Assembly: GCA_012026655.1 (NCBI GenBank)
Contig: JAAILG010000201.1
Span: 62,001 to 126,000, forward strand
DNA from: Hydrolagus affinis
Taxonomy: Eukaryota
Direction of reading: 5' to 3'
DNA: 64,000 nucleotides
Part shown: positions 1-12,555 of the stretch, piece after piece
Position numbering within the stretch: position 1 is the stretch's first letter
How the letters are laid out: the number at the start of each line of letters is the position of its first letter
Program-made: the position numbers and the translations under genes
The notes under the pieces: model-generated
Told to the model about the DNA's origin: nothing
What the model saw: only the letters and a program-made list of their open reading frames with translations
Database searches by the model: none

Positions 1-99
1 TTACAGATGAATAATGAGTGTATAGTACAAAAATACTGTTTCATGTAAAGATTTCAGAAAAAGCTTGAAGGCAATTTAAGAAGTCAAGTTGTGTATGTA

Positions 100-3000
100 A
101 ATTAATCCTTTTGACTTTATTCAATATTAAATATCCATAGTGCATTTAAATTACAAACAGTTCATTGGATTACACTGTGCATGGAAATCAAAGTACAAAT
201 ATTACATATCAAAAATGTACACATTTTGTGGACAGAGACCTGATTTCTTTAACTGTGATACGTAGTCAATTTCATAATATTTGTATTAAATTACAAAAGA
301 AACCTTGTACTTATGACTTTGTTACATTATTTCCCATTTACAGACAGAATTAAACATTTATATACATCCAGTACCATTAAACATTAAGTTACATTTCTCA
401 AATGTGCAAGGTAAAGCAAATGCATTGAACAAAACAATCTGGTATTTTCAATGATTTAAAGTACATTTGAAATAATTTAGAACAAGCTGATGAAGACAAA
501 AGGATACTTTTAAAAATGTTTGTTTTCTCAAATATATACAAATAAACTTCAGTTTAAGCTTGAATCCCTACAAATTCCAACATAAAGAAAATATTTTTGG
601 AGCATGCACTGTTTGATCATTCAGGCACATTTCTATGGCTCGCTTTTACAAATGAGGCTGACAGTGGGTCGAACTTGCTGGTTCATCTAATGATGCAATA
701 CATGAAAAATAGAATAATTAGTTCATTACTAATCAGGGGCATATGGAATTCCCTCTGTACAACGGTGAGCAAAACTCACAAATCAGACCCCCTTGTTACA
801 ACTCTGAAAATATTTGTTAATTTCTGTAGTCCTATGCACCTTAAAGTGTGCATTTGTACTGTTTTAGACTTAGCATAACTACACACATGCTATCTTAAGA
901 ATGCTCAGTGCTTATGGATGGTGGAGGAGAAATTTGTTTGAAACAAATCACCCCAACAGTTCTATTTGTTCTGAAAACCCAATTTTATCAACTAGAATAA
1001 CAGATGCCAAAGTCAGGCAGAGACTGAAAATGATGCTTATACAATTTCGATCTGTTACATACATGCAAAGTGTATAGATACAAAAATATGAAGCAAGGAT
1101 CTTCAGCCTACCATAACATGCAGGGGAACGTAAAACAATCCATAGGTTCAATGCTGTTCCTTCCCGAAACATCCCAGGACAATAACGAATTGCTGAACCA
1201 ACATGTATAAAAAAAACTTCCCTCGGCTAAGCAAAAACAAGTACTGCTTTGAGAAAAATACACTGGACTCATTATAATCAAAGCTAAGAATGTTGCAAAG
1301 AGATCAGCTGGACTTTTGATAAAAACAAAGTTTTCAAAAGTTCTGTATCCCTGTATAACAAACTATTTTAGTATAATCTGGGACAAATCAAAGCAAGGGA
1401 TATTGTAGTACCTATTCAAGGTGAGTTTATACATTTGATAGTGAACATCGGTTATAAATTGAAATATTGATTCTATACTGTAGTTTTTTTTGCTCGTTTA
1501 TAGAAATCATACAGCTTTGTTTAAAAAAAGGGTTTCCTTATTGCACATAGATGCTTCCATCTACCAATACTGAAAAAATAACAACTTCTAATGTTAACAT
1601 TTAGCTAGTACCTCAACATTATAATGGACTATTTAATCCCAACAGGTATTATTTCTATTCTAGGACAAAGGACATTTAGTGTTGCAACCAAGGTAGCTTC
1701 AAACAATATCCACATCATGTTTAATTATAAGAGTATGGATGCTGCGTTCTGTGTTATGCTAAACTAGCAAAATGCTTCATGCATTAGTTGTCCTTTCTGA
1801 TGCATAATTGAATGGACCAGAAAACCTATTATGTGACAAAAGAAATCCCATCATCCTCAAATCACGAGGTGGGGCCAGAGCTGCAGGCCTGCAGTATTGT
1901 AAACCACTGACGAGAACAACAGCATGGCTGATTTCCTTAATATGTAAACTGTTGTATTGGTGCGAGTTACAAATCATGACATTGCACTAAATTGTCTCAA
2001 ACAATTATAAAAACGAATTTTCTTCCTGTTGAACTGTTTTTGCCAACAATCTAAAATAATTAACAACTGAACCCCCCAATTTTTCTACAGGAGAAATGGG
2101 ACTCGGGTTTATCACGTTATCTGGTGCTGCTGTGTCAGTCCAGAAAGCCAGGACAGGATCCCGAAACTTCCAAAATAGGCATTCGTCCTCGCCGTTTACT
2201 GAGTGGATTGACTACCATTATGTGGAGGATAGCAGTTCTTAGAAGAAGAACCAAGGTTTAAAGGCATTGCAATTATTTGCAATAACCCATGTCTTAGACA
2301 TGTAATGGTGGTAAGAGCCCAATTGTTTCTACATTTCCCCTAAAATAAAAGATACACTAGGAAAAAGCATTAAGTGACGCTCAATCAAGGACTTGTACAG
2401 ATAAAGAACAGAGTAGAAACCTGGATCTAAAATGATCTCAGCCGGGCTCCTGCTTTCTACCCTCCCTCACGTTACAAATATACATATTCATGATTTAAGG
2501 ATCACTGTTCAGATCTCATGTACATTAGTTCACTGCTGCTCACAATGTAGAGAATCACTTGAGAAGTCACCGTCAAATTGAGTCACCATCATATTTAATG
2601 AAACGTTTGTCAAGTGAAACACTCATGAGTCATCTCTGCATTACTATTTTGGTACTCAGCAAAGCCCTGTCACTACACCGAATCATTTACTTCAGATGTA
2701 TTCACTAAATCATAGATGCACTCGCTACCTTTGAGGATGTGTGTGACAACTCATCACTCAAATGGGTTGCAGAACGAAAGGAACACTGGCAATATTGGAA
2801 CTAGGTACAGTATATGAACATTGTAAACTAAATCTTACATAGTCGTCACAATGTAAATCAATATCCCAAAACAAGTATTTTTTTTTTAAAAAAGAACCAA
2901 ATTGATCGCTCAGCTGTAGTGTTTGTTTCACACACATTTGTGCTTTCTCTAGTGTTTCCAACATGAACATCTTGCATCGATTCAGATTTCTTAAATCAGG

Positions 3001-3795
3001 GCAGGCTGACTACAACCCTTTCCAGTTCATTACTGCTGTACACATATCTTATATTCCAATTCTATCTACAAAGCAGCAGATGGGAATATTCTAATCATAT
3101 GCACGTGAAAATGACAAGCCATCATAAAAAGCATCCCATCCATGTTCCTACTCACTTTGAATGGTGATCTTTGTGCATGATATTCACGGAGATCATTTAA
3201 AGTAAGCTACACAATACCAGAATACATTAAAAATCACTGGACAATTCCTACATAAACAGCAAACTGTAGTTTCTGGAACAATCAACATCCTTTTAAATCT
3301 AAATATTTTGCAGGAAGTATTTCAACTTGGAATCTAACTTAAAAGGTTTGGAACATCTTAATTCTCCCACCACCCCAGCAAACATTTCCTATTTAACTAT
3401 ATCACTTTGTACAGAAAATTGCAGATAAAACTACAATTTGTTTAGCAACATTAAAGAAAAAATAGTGAACATTTATCAATCCTATGTTCTGTCAAACTGA
3501 AGTTATAGGTAATGGATTCTTCAGGGGACAGGAAAGTATTGCGTACATCGGCTGGTTTTTCAAACCATTTTAAACCCACCTTCATCAGAGACTAATAATT
3601 GGTCAATTGTGATAGAATTTAAGATGTATATTACATTTAATGTTTCAATTCCAACATTTAATACTCCTTTGTGAATTTACGATGGTCTTCTTTGCTCATG
3701 TACGCAGATCCTTTTTGATGATTTAAAATATCACAATATTTGTTACATTTTCTTCTTTTTATAAAGTTAGATACCATCCCCTAGAGAATCTGGGT
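100..3795 (-). other. LMTK2: Probable LMTK2 3'UTR (~3.7 kb)
   Basis: Follows the stop codon, no recognisable interspersed repeats, TGTA-rich near the distal end, ends near AATAAA at 116-121. Confidence 0.6.
116..121 (-). terminator. Canonical polyadenylation signal AATAAA
   Basis: Plus strand reads TTTATT at 116-121. Preceded on the minus strand by multiple TGTA elements. Confidence 0.6.
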
Positions 3796-3824
3796 TTAGT
3801 CCTTTTCTCCATCTTCACTGCTTC
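3796..3824 (-). CDS. LMTK2: LMTK2 exon 14 coding part (GSSEDGEKD-stop)
   Basis: ttttcctttatttatag acceptor. C-terminus matches the mammalian LMTK2 ending as I recall it. TAA at 3796-3798. Confidence 0.94.
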
Positions 3825-6800
3825 CTATAAATAAAGGAAAAGAAAAATCATTAAATAACATAAGATTAAAAAGTGAGAGAATAAACTAATTTGGTAGTGT
3901 TATATTCTAGCATACACGTCGAGGTGAAAGGAGGTTGCACACTTAATTCAATTCAACCATGTCTTCCCCTCTCTCTTTCAAGAGAATCATAACTACTTAA
4001 TGCATAATAACTACTTAATGCATAATGTTAAAAGCTCCAGTTACATTACTCAATACCCAACCTGAATCCTAGATTTTACAATTATAGACTTCTTCTACAG
4101 CAGTGGTTTCCAAACTGTGGGGGGGGGGGGGGGCGGGGTTCGCTTTTCAAAGTTTGGAAGACACTGTTCTACAGGGTGTTTCACCTGCTTTAGCCAAACT
4201 ATACACTGCTTGTGATAAACAGCTTTAGCACCATGATTGCAGCATATAATAATAATCCTTGCATTTGATATAGCGCTTTTCACATCTTCCATGACTACAT
4301 TGACGAAAGGCATAAAAGACTCCCATTTCCAAAACCTAATATACTTCACCATGAACTCCACATGAAACACCATAGTAAACAAAGCACTATTTCAGTTCCA
4401 TAATAAAATATTGAGTTTCCTTAAGAAGTCCCAGCTACTAAATCCAAGTTGCTAAAATAAATGGAAGCATTTGTTCAAACTTTGATGAGATTTTTATAAG
4501 ACAATAGTTGTATTGTATTTTTTTATTTAAAAAAACACAACTTTATGTTACTGCTAAACCCCACTTAATGTCCTGGTTTGGTTTTTGAAAAGTGCAACTT
4601 TAAGCGAAAAGACATTTTCCATAGGAATGAATGTAAAAACTGAATTTAGGTATTTGTGGACATTTTTTGTCAACATTTTTGTAAAAAAACATTATACTTG
4701 CTCCCTGATTGCCTGCCCGGCTCACTCACTCATTCCCTGACTGCCTGCCCGGCTCACTCACTCATTTCCTGACTGCCTGCCTGGCTCACTCACTCGCTGC
4801 CAGCCTGACTCACTCCCAGGTCCTAGCGCCGTCGTGCCCCCTTTCCACCCACGCGAACGACATGATAGCAAACATTGCAACGTTAAATGAATATATGTTC
4901 CCAATGTATCAGCAATTAAATAACATTAAGTGGGGCAACGTTAAGCGGGGTCTACCAGTGCTTCATAATGAACAAATAATTTATTTTGAGCACATTCAAT
5001 TTTCTTGAATTTGTGAAAAGTGCTGAGTTCCCAGTTCATTGTGTTCAGTAATTATTTTCTATTGCAGATACCAAACACCTGCTGCACTCACAGCATGCAC
5101 ATGTTCCAATCTCACAGCCTTGATAAACAAAAAAAAGTATTAGCATCTAGCCAGAACATGCACAACAACAAAATAGTCTGTGTCAACTCAAAATAGATCT
5201 ATACTGAAGGGCAGTGAATGTACGTTACTCCAATATATTTTAGAAGTTATAAATTTGCTGAAAATCTTATTCTGCATGGCTTATAAAATCTATAAAACAA
5301 ACAAAGGTGTGCGCCCTGTTTATTTGTTACACAGCTGGTCTTAAATGCATTCAGCTTTTATACAGGATAGTTCACTGACCAGCAACAAAGCTATATTCCA
5401 GCCAGTTAGGCTTAGGACTTCCAAAAACTTCATCTATAAATGTTTAATGAGTTTTATTTCCTAACCAAATTTAAAGTTTTACTTTATTTATGCTGTAGCA
5501 GATAGTTACAAATCATGCATTAACACAGTATGAGGACAGCAAAAGTGAGAAGCTTATTTATGATGATATTTTGTGTCCTTTTTCCTCTGTGTTCATTGAA
5601 GGCAAAATAGTAGTCGAGTTTCCAAACATGACTAGCCTTACTCAGGCTCCGGTTCAAACAGCTAACTGCACGTTTACAGCTAGCTACATATGAAACCTAA
5701 AGCAGCCAAGATGAGCCCTGCAGTTCCTCTCAGTTGAGCAACAGATGTGCTTCCGCCTAACCATAACAAAGTCATTCTCTAATCCCAGAGTAAAATGGCT
5801 TGCACATTGGGTAGATCTAAAATTAAACTGAGTGATGGAACGGTCCTCAGTTAATAGATACATTAGGTAAGAAAACACATCACGTCATCACTCCCCCTCC
5901 CTTTCTACTTTCAAAACCTATTGCAAATGATCGATCCAATTGACAGTGCCTTAAGATGAACAGCTTCTTTTTCTATGTATTCTTAGTACTAATTTGCACA
6001 AACTTTAGCTTTTTATATGTAATTAGCAAGTAATTTAACAAGAGAAGCACATACCTCCTTGCTCAATATCTGAATCTGTGAGATGAGTAAGGGAGAAGTT
6101 CGCAATGCTGGAGGGAGAGATAGAAAAGCGAGAATACGACGATGTGTCTGTCCACTTTTGCTCGGAGGTTCTCAAAGCCGGTGGAGGTGAAAAATATCTT
6201 GAAGAGGGGGGAGGAGGGGGCTTTGAGGCAGCGAGATGACCTGCTGTTTGCGTGATAAATGATGACTCATGAGAGGACACCGAGAAGTCGTCTTCCCATT
6301 CAAATCCACAACCTAAACAAGAAAAGCAATTTAGTCTTGTGTATATATTACTCTAAATATTTTTCACTTAAGAATTCTTGGTTAGAAGTGGAAATAGGTG
6401 TATATTTGAGGTTGCAAATTAAGAGGACATTCTTGTGTGCCCTTTGTAAACTTATACCAAATCTTACAGTCCTTATGTAAAAATAGAGGGGGCTTTATTC
6501 TGCATCTGTGCACTCTTCATCTAAATTTGTAAAGCTTGTCTCCATCCACCTCATACCCAGACGCTCAGCTTTTAAAATGCTTTTAAACATCTACCATTTT
6601 GACTGCACTGTGGCCATTTCCCTAATCCCACCCATTTCACCGCCCACCCATCCCCACCCCCACTGTAAAGTGAATTGATTATATTTTCTTCTCTTACAAT
6701 GAAGTGTTTTGAGCCCATATCTGTAAAATGATTTTAAGATGTTTAACCTCTGTGAAAGGCAAGTGAAAAGTATTGTACAATGCTACATTTCATCCTAGTT

Positions 6801-9800
6801 AATACACAAACAATGAACTGTAGGTTAGTCATGTCTAGCATCACCAAGAATCATACCGTCTTCATCAGTGGAACTCTCGGAGTTTGAGAATCTATTGGGA
6901 TACTGGAAGCCAGATGTGATAGGACTGCCAGAGTCAGAAACCTGATTATTTTCAGCTGCTGAATGCTCTCCTAATTCTTTGGTTGGAGTCTCCTTAGAAC
7001 CAAAAAAACAATCTGTCATTCAGATTACCATGTATAGCAATTTCTCAATACAATAATTAAACATTGATCTCATTATCTGACCACTGTATGAAATGCTGTG
7101 ACTGTGAGGCTAATGGTGAATCAAATATCCCAGGTTTGTGACTCACTACTAGGAACACATCAATTGAGGAAGATTCAAAGTGATTTAATTTCGCTTCTGT
7201 TAGTTTTGAGGAGGAATAACGATAACTGACATTACTTTGGCCTCTCACTTGAGCAGTAGAATACACAGCTAATGGTTCACAATTACAAAGCAATCACTGA
7301 AGTCATTGAGGTTGAATTCTAAACATAAAGCAACAGAAAGCCACCATTCAAAGAGCATGACGCAGAGAATGAGAATATGTTATTCAGCCCATTAAGTGCA
7401 TTCTATCCACAGATCATGCAATCATAGAATTTTTCAGCACAAAAGGAGGCCATTTGGCCCATCGAGTCTGTACCAGCTCTTTGAAAAGAGCTATTCAAAG
7501 TCAATTCCACTCTCCAGCTCTCTCCCCAAATAACCATCCATTGGATCATCCAGATCATGCAAAATCTCCGCAGTGCAGACCCCATCTTCTTGGAAAAAAT
7601 GCATTGATATCACTTATTGAGCAAAATTTGAAAAAGAAACTCAATTTAAAAAAATTATATTCATATCTACACAATACAACCTGGAACTGCTATCCATCAG
7701 ATGACGTTTTCCTCTTTCTCCAAAACCCAGCAACCAGTTAATCTAAAAACAAAAGGTTTCACCAACCAATTTATCAAATCATTATTTACCTGATCAAACA
7801 GGAAAACAGTTACATCATCAAAGAAAGAGACCATCTTCTTTAATCTTGTGTTTTTCTCAACCGCCTTTAGAGAACCACCAGACTTGGATGCAGTGACTTT
7901 CAGCAAACTTTTCAGGGACCTTCCATCGTCATTTTCAGTCACCACTATTGGTACAGGGTGTACTGTATCATCTTCACTCTCTGAACTTGGACTATTAATA
8001 GAAAAACTTCTGTAGTCATCGTCTGAATCATCACTGTTTTCATCTTCTTCATCTGCATCCATTCCATCTTGTTCCTCTGATGGGTTGAAAAATTCTGATT
8101 CATCCAACCTGCCAAGATATCGTCCTTCAATATCAGGTTCCTTCAGCCTATTTCCTTCAATGGTGTAAGATAACAGTTTCTTGATGTCCTTCTCAACAAC
8201 TATTGCGTAATTCTGTTCAGAAACCAGAGAGCTAACAGCTTTGGGGTCAAACAGGCCTCCTGGTACAGATACTGATGCACTACTGTTAACCTCACCCAAA
8301 TCATCCAGAGTTTCATCAGATTTTTCAAGCTTAGTTAAATACTCTCCAGTATGAACATCAAGTGAAAATTCTTCTTTGTGATCTGCAGGATGCACTTGTG
8401 ATCCATTATTCCTTTTTAAGGTCTCTTCCAATGCTTGGCTTGATCGTTCTTCATGAAAATCCAAACTGTTCAAAATGTTATCATGACTTTGGTCAGAGGT
8501 AAAAGGATTAATCTTATAACTGACAGCACATGCAAGGTTGGTTTCCTTATGAAACTTATCAGCATTCTCACTATCCATTCTTTTATCTAGTTCTGAGTCA
8601 TTATCAGAGAAATAAGCAGAGTCTCGATGAGAATTCTGGTGACCATTAATTAATGCATTTGATGCCACCTCCCTGGCAATGGCTTCTACTCCAGCTTGTC
8701 CATCTTCGGCTGAAGCTGCAATGAGCTGATCTGTAGGAAACGTGTTTGTGAATTGGCCATCAGGAACACTGAGGGTGGATGATGTTGGAACAGCAGTTGG
8801 ATTTGAGCACTGGGAAGTCCATTCAGGAGATTCTAGATTTTCAGTTTCATAGCCACTGTCAGGTTGCCTAAGAGTTGGCTTTAGTTTTTCTGAAACTGTA
8901 CTTTGTGTTTCTAAAGCCCCCAACACCCTATGTATCTCCAGGGAGTCTAAAGAATCTGGTGTTTCCATGGACTGTTCTGAATTGAGTTGCATCAAAGACA
9001 CATTACTATCTACAGGACTAGTTTGAGTCACTAATTCTGAGGAGGACATGAGAGCCAATGAATCAACATTTGTAAAACCAGTAGAGGGGTTAGATGCAAT
9101 CTTTTCTGGTGTTTCTATGAACAAGTGACCTGAAGACATGGGGACTAATAATTCAGGACCTTTAGAACCACTCAAGGTTTCAGGTAGACCAATATTTGCT
9201 AGTGTTTGCTCAAACAGTGAAGGTGCAGATATTTCGCTAGCATTTTGAACCAGTTTGCCTGATGCATTTTCATTTGTGCCATCTATACACAGAACTTTAC
9301 TCAAAGCAGGAGCATTAACATTTGAGGTGCTTATTTCAGCAGCTACCTTCTGCGTTGCTGATTTGATTGTGATAACTTCAGCTCCGCTTTCCTTTGTCTT
9401 CACACAAACGTGATCTTCTGTAAGGCTTTGCGTTTTGGCAATATTGCACACATTAGCAGGGGCACTTTCACTGCACTGAGCAGGTTCTTGGCAGCGTACA
9501 TGAGGCAAAGTGACATCATCACGTTTGTGGATGAAGCCATCAGTAGTGTCACATTCTAACCCTGAGGTATCATACATTATACATTCGTTATCTAACTTCT
9601 GACTAATCTGTTCTTTACCCTCACTTATAAAAATGGAAGGCAATGGTACTTTTTCTATTAATGGCTCTATAGACCTGCTGCTTGAACATGCTTGTTTAGG
9701 CAAGGAAAGTTCACCGTCATGCTCCAGATCACTGGTTAACATCTGGTCCACCGCAGAGTTAGCAGTGTCTTGTGGCATCACAGAATGAATGCCAAAGTCC

Positions 9801-12513
9801 ATTAAAGTGTTTGATTTGTTTCCTAAATGTTCCACGCTCGAGTCACTGTGCGTCTCACCTGAGGATGAAGAATCCATTAAAAGTTTATTTTCTTTCAGGA
9901 AAACAAAATTAGAAAACAGTTTTTCCTCATGTAGCAATCCCACATTACCATGGTCAGTAATGTTCTCCATGTAAACCAGGTTTGTTTCATCTTCTAGAAA
10001 GTGATCAGTATTCAATTCAAAAGGTGTCGGTTGCATTAAGGACTCCATGGGAGTTTCTTTACCCGAAGCTAGAACAGTTGTATTTTTTCCTTTAGGATCA
10101 TTATGTTCAGGTAGATCATGCAGTATGATCTGATCGGGCTTCAAACAGCCTCCGTTTAACCCAATGTCTTCCATTCTACTGTCACAAAATATATTTGTGT
10201 GACAGGGGCTTTCAGCATTATTAGAAGCATATGAACCAAACAGACCTTCATTTATATCAGACTTTGGGAAGCCAGTATTGTAGTGTGGGAAAAAATCTAC
10301 ACCTGTACTCGATTCACCTTCCAAGTCCCCGAGACTCTTAAAGAGTTGCAAATCCTTAGTCGGAGGAACTTGTTGGTCTCTCTGATTTGGATGGCCTAAA
10401 GTTTCATCATTATAATCATCATCAAGTTTACTTTCACCTTGTTCCTCCAATTGTATATAGTATTCACCTCCAACTGAAGGATTCTGGACATCAAGAATAG
10501 GGACAATTCCTGGTATAAGTGGAGATGAAACGAGCTGGCTTCCATCAACCCGTGCTATGGTGAGTGCTTCATCTGAATTACTTTGAACTGAGAAAACATT
10601 TTTCTCAAAAGCAACTGCAGGGAAGAAGATACTCTGATAATTTACTTTGGCTCCTTCATTTCCCGGCCTGTGGTCTTCAAAATGATCATGTTTTGCAGTC
10701 TCCCACACATACTCGAAGCTTAGCCCTTTACTCGTTTCAGTAACAGTGAGGATATCATCCATCTCCTGATTTAGTCTATCAGCCACAAAGTGTTCCAGGA
10801 TTGGAAAGGATGAATTGCAAGTCATAGCTTGCCGGCTGCTAGTGTTGGGCTTCAGTGCATTCCACCTTATTTCAAAGTCATCCTCACATTCCTTCTGACT
10901 CTGCATTCGAAGATAGGTCAGCAGCCTATGAATCTCTTCCGATGTTGGTCTCTTGTCTGGAGTTAACCAACAGAATTGCAGAACTTCGTACCTGCAAGAC
11001 AGAAATTTTATATTATTAACATGACTCTTTATACTCGGGTTATAAGAACATAAAGCTACATTTAACTGGCCTTTAGTATGCAATTATCCCAATTCTTTGA
11101 GCCGGTTTGAGACGCCTCAAAGATGTGATAAGGTGCTGTATCAAATGGAAGAATTATTATAATTCATCTGGCACAATGGTCAGTAGTTTTTCCAATTGTA
11201 CAATCAATGCTATCCAATTTTATAATTCTGCACAAAACATTTTTAGGTATTAAACAAGGAGAAAAGTGAAATTATGTTTAAATACAGTTCTTAATGTAGT
11301 AACCAGGAGAGTTGTTTTTCAAAGCAACCTTCCAGTTTTCATTCCTTTCTCTGAGAAAGCTTTGTTGCCATCAAGCAATTCCCGCAACCCTTACCCAAAA
11401 AGCATTTTGCTCCCTTAGAAAAACATGCACCAGAAACTCATGATGTTGGGATTTACAAATCCCAACCTCATGAGTTTCTGGTGCATGTTTTCAACAGCAA
11501 CAACTTGCACTTATTTAGCCTACGCCGGGTAGCGTCTCAGAAAACGGGTTGGGCGGTGGTGGTTTTAATCATGGTTGAAAAGGGGGAAAGTTTTTAGGTG
11601 GAACTTGAACAGGGAGAGAAGGGTCAAGGCAGAGGGATTGAGGGAAAATGTTCCAGAATTTGGGGGTGTAGTGGCTGAACCCGCGATGGGGCGTAGGATG
11701 AGAAGAAATCAAGCAGAAGGTGCCAGTTGAGCGGAGGCACCGGGTGTGAATTGGACAGGTAGGGATGTGCCAGGGAGTGAGTGGATTTGAATATGTGTGT
11801 GAGGATCTTGAACTCTTCTACAGAAAATGTGTGTGCGCGCTCATTGTAAAATCTTAGTTTTTAAAAAAAAAAAAAGGGAAATGCTTTTATACCAGTTACA
11901 CTATTAATACAAGGATTTCATCCCTCATTGCTTTGAAACCAACAAGCTGTTTTCTGCTTGCACTCTGGGATCAGATTTGGATGTGTATCAATAAGAGATC
12001 TTCATTGCCCACATTGCACATTTATGTTTTAGACGTCAATGGAGTGTGTCATTATATTTCTGTTACCCATGCATATGGGTATGCATATGCCACATGTTTT
12101 CTTGATTGGAGTAAAATTATGTTCACAGTATAGCTGCCATGAACCGAGAACACACAATAGCATTATCCCAATTCTCATGTGACTACCATATCGATATAAC
12201 TCAGTATAAAATTAGACATCACTTTAGCTGCTAACAAACTTCTAGAGTATTCAATGTTTAAGATGGTTACTTTACAAAAAATACATGCAATTAGTTATTA
12301 TACGAATCTAATTTTTTTGTTGTTATATTAACCTCTACTTTATTGATTATTTTCAACAGAACATTTTGGCCCTTTAGAAGTTTAAACTCTAAATACATAC
12401 ATAGATGTCTCACACTGTTTGGTTTCCTAGCAACAGACTTTCACCTACTGAAGCCCTATGACAAGTGCAGGTATATAACAGTGCAATTAAAATATATTAT
12501 TTTTTTATAAAAC

Positions 12514-12555
<42 letters not shown>

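Noticed and set aside
3989-4026. 18-bp tandem duplication (ATAACTACTTAATGCATA x2)
   Set aside because: Ordinary slippage duplication in intron 13 with no sign of function.
4101-4138. hAT/Charlie-like end CAGTGGTTTCCAAACT followed by a G15 run (G-quadruplex potential)
   Set aside because: No matching second TIR or TSD was found, and homopolymer length is unreliable.
7697-11083. 1128-aa ORF as a standalone single-exon gene
   Set aside because: It is LMTK2 exon 11 plus intronic read-through at both ends. Splice sites at 10991 and 7790 fit the flanking exons.
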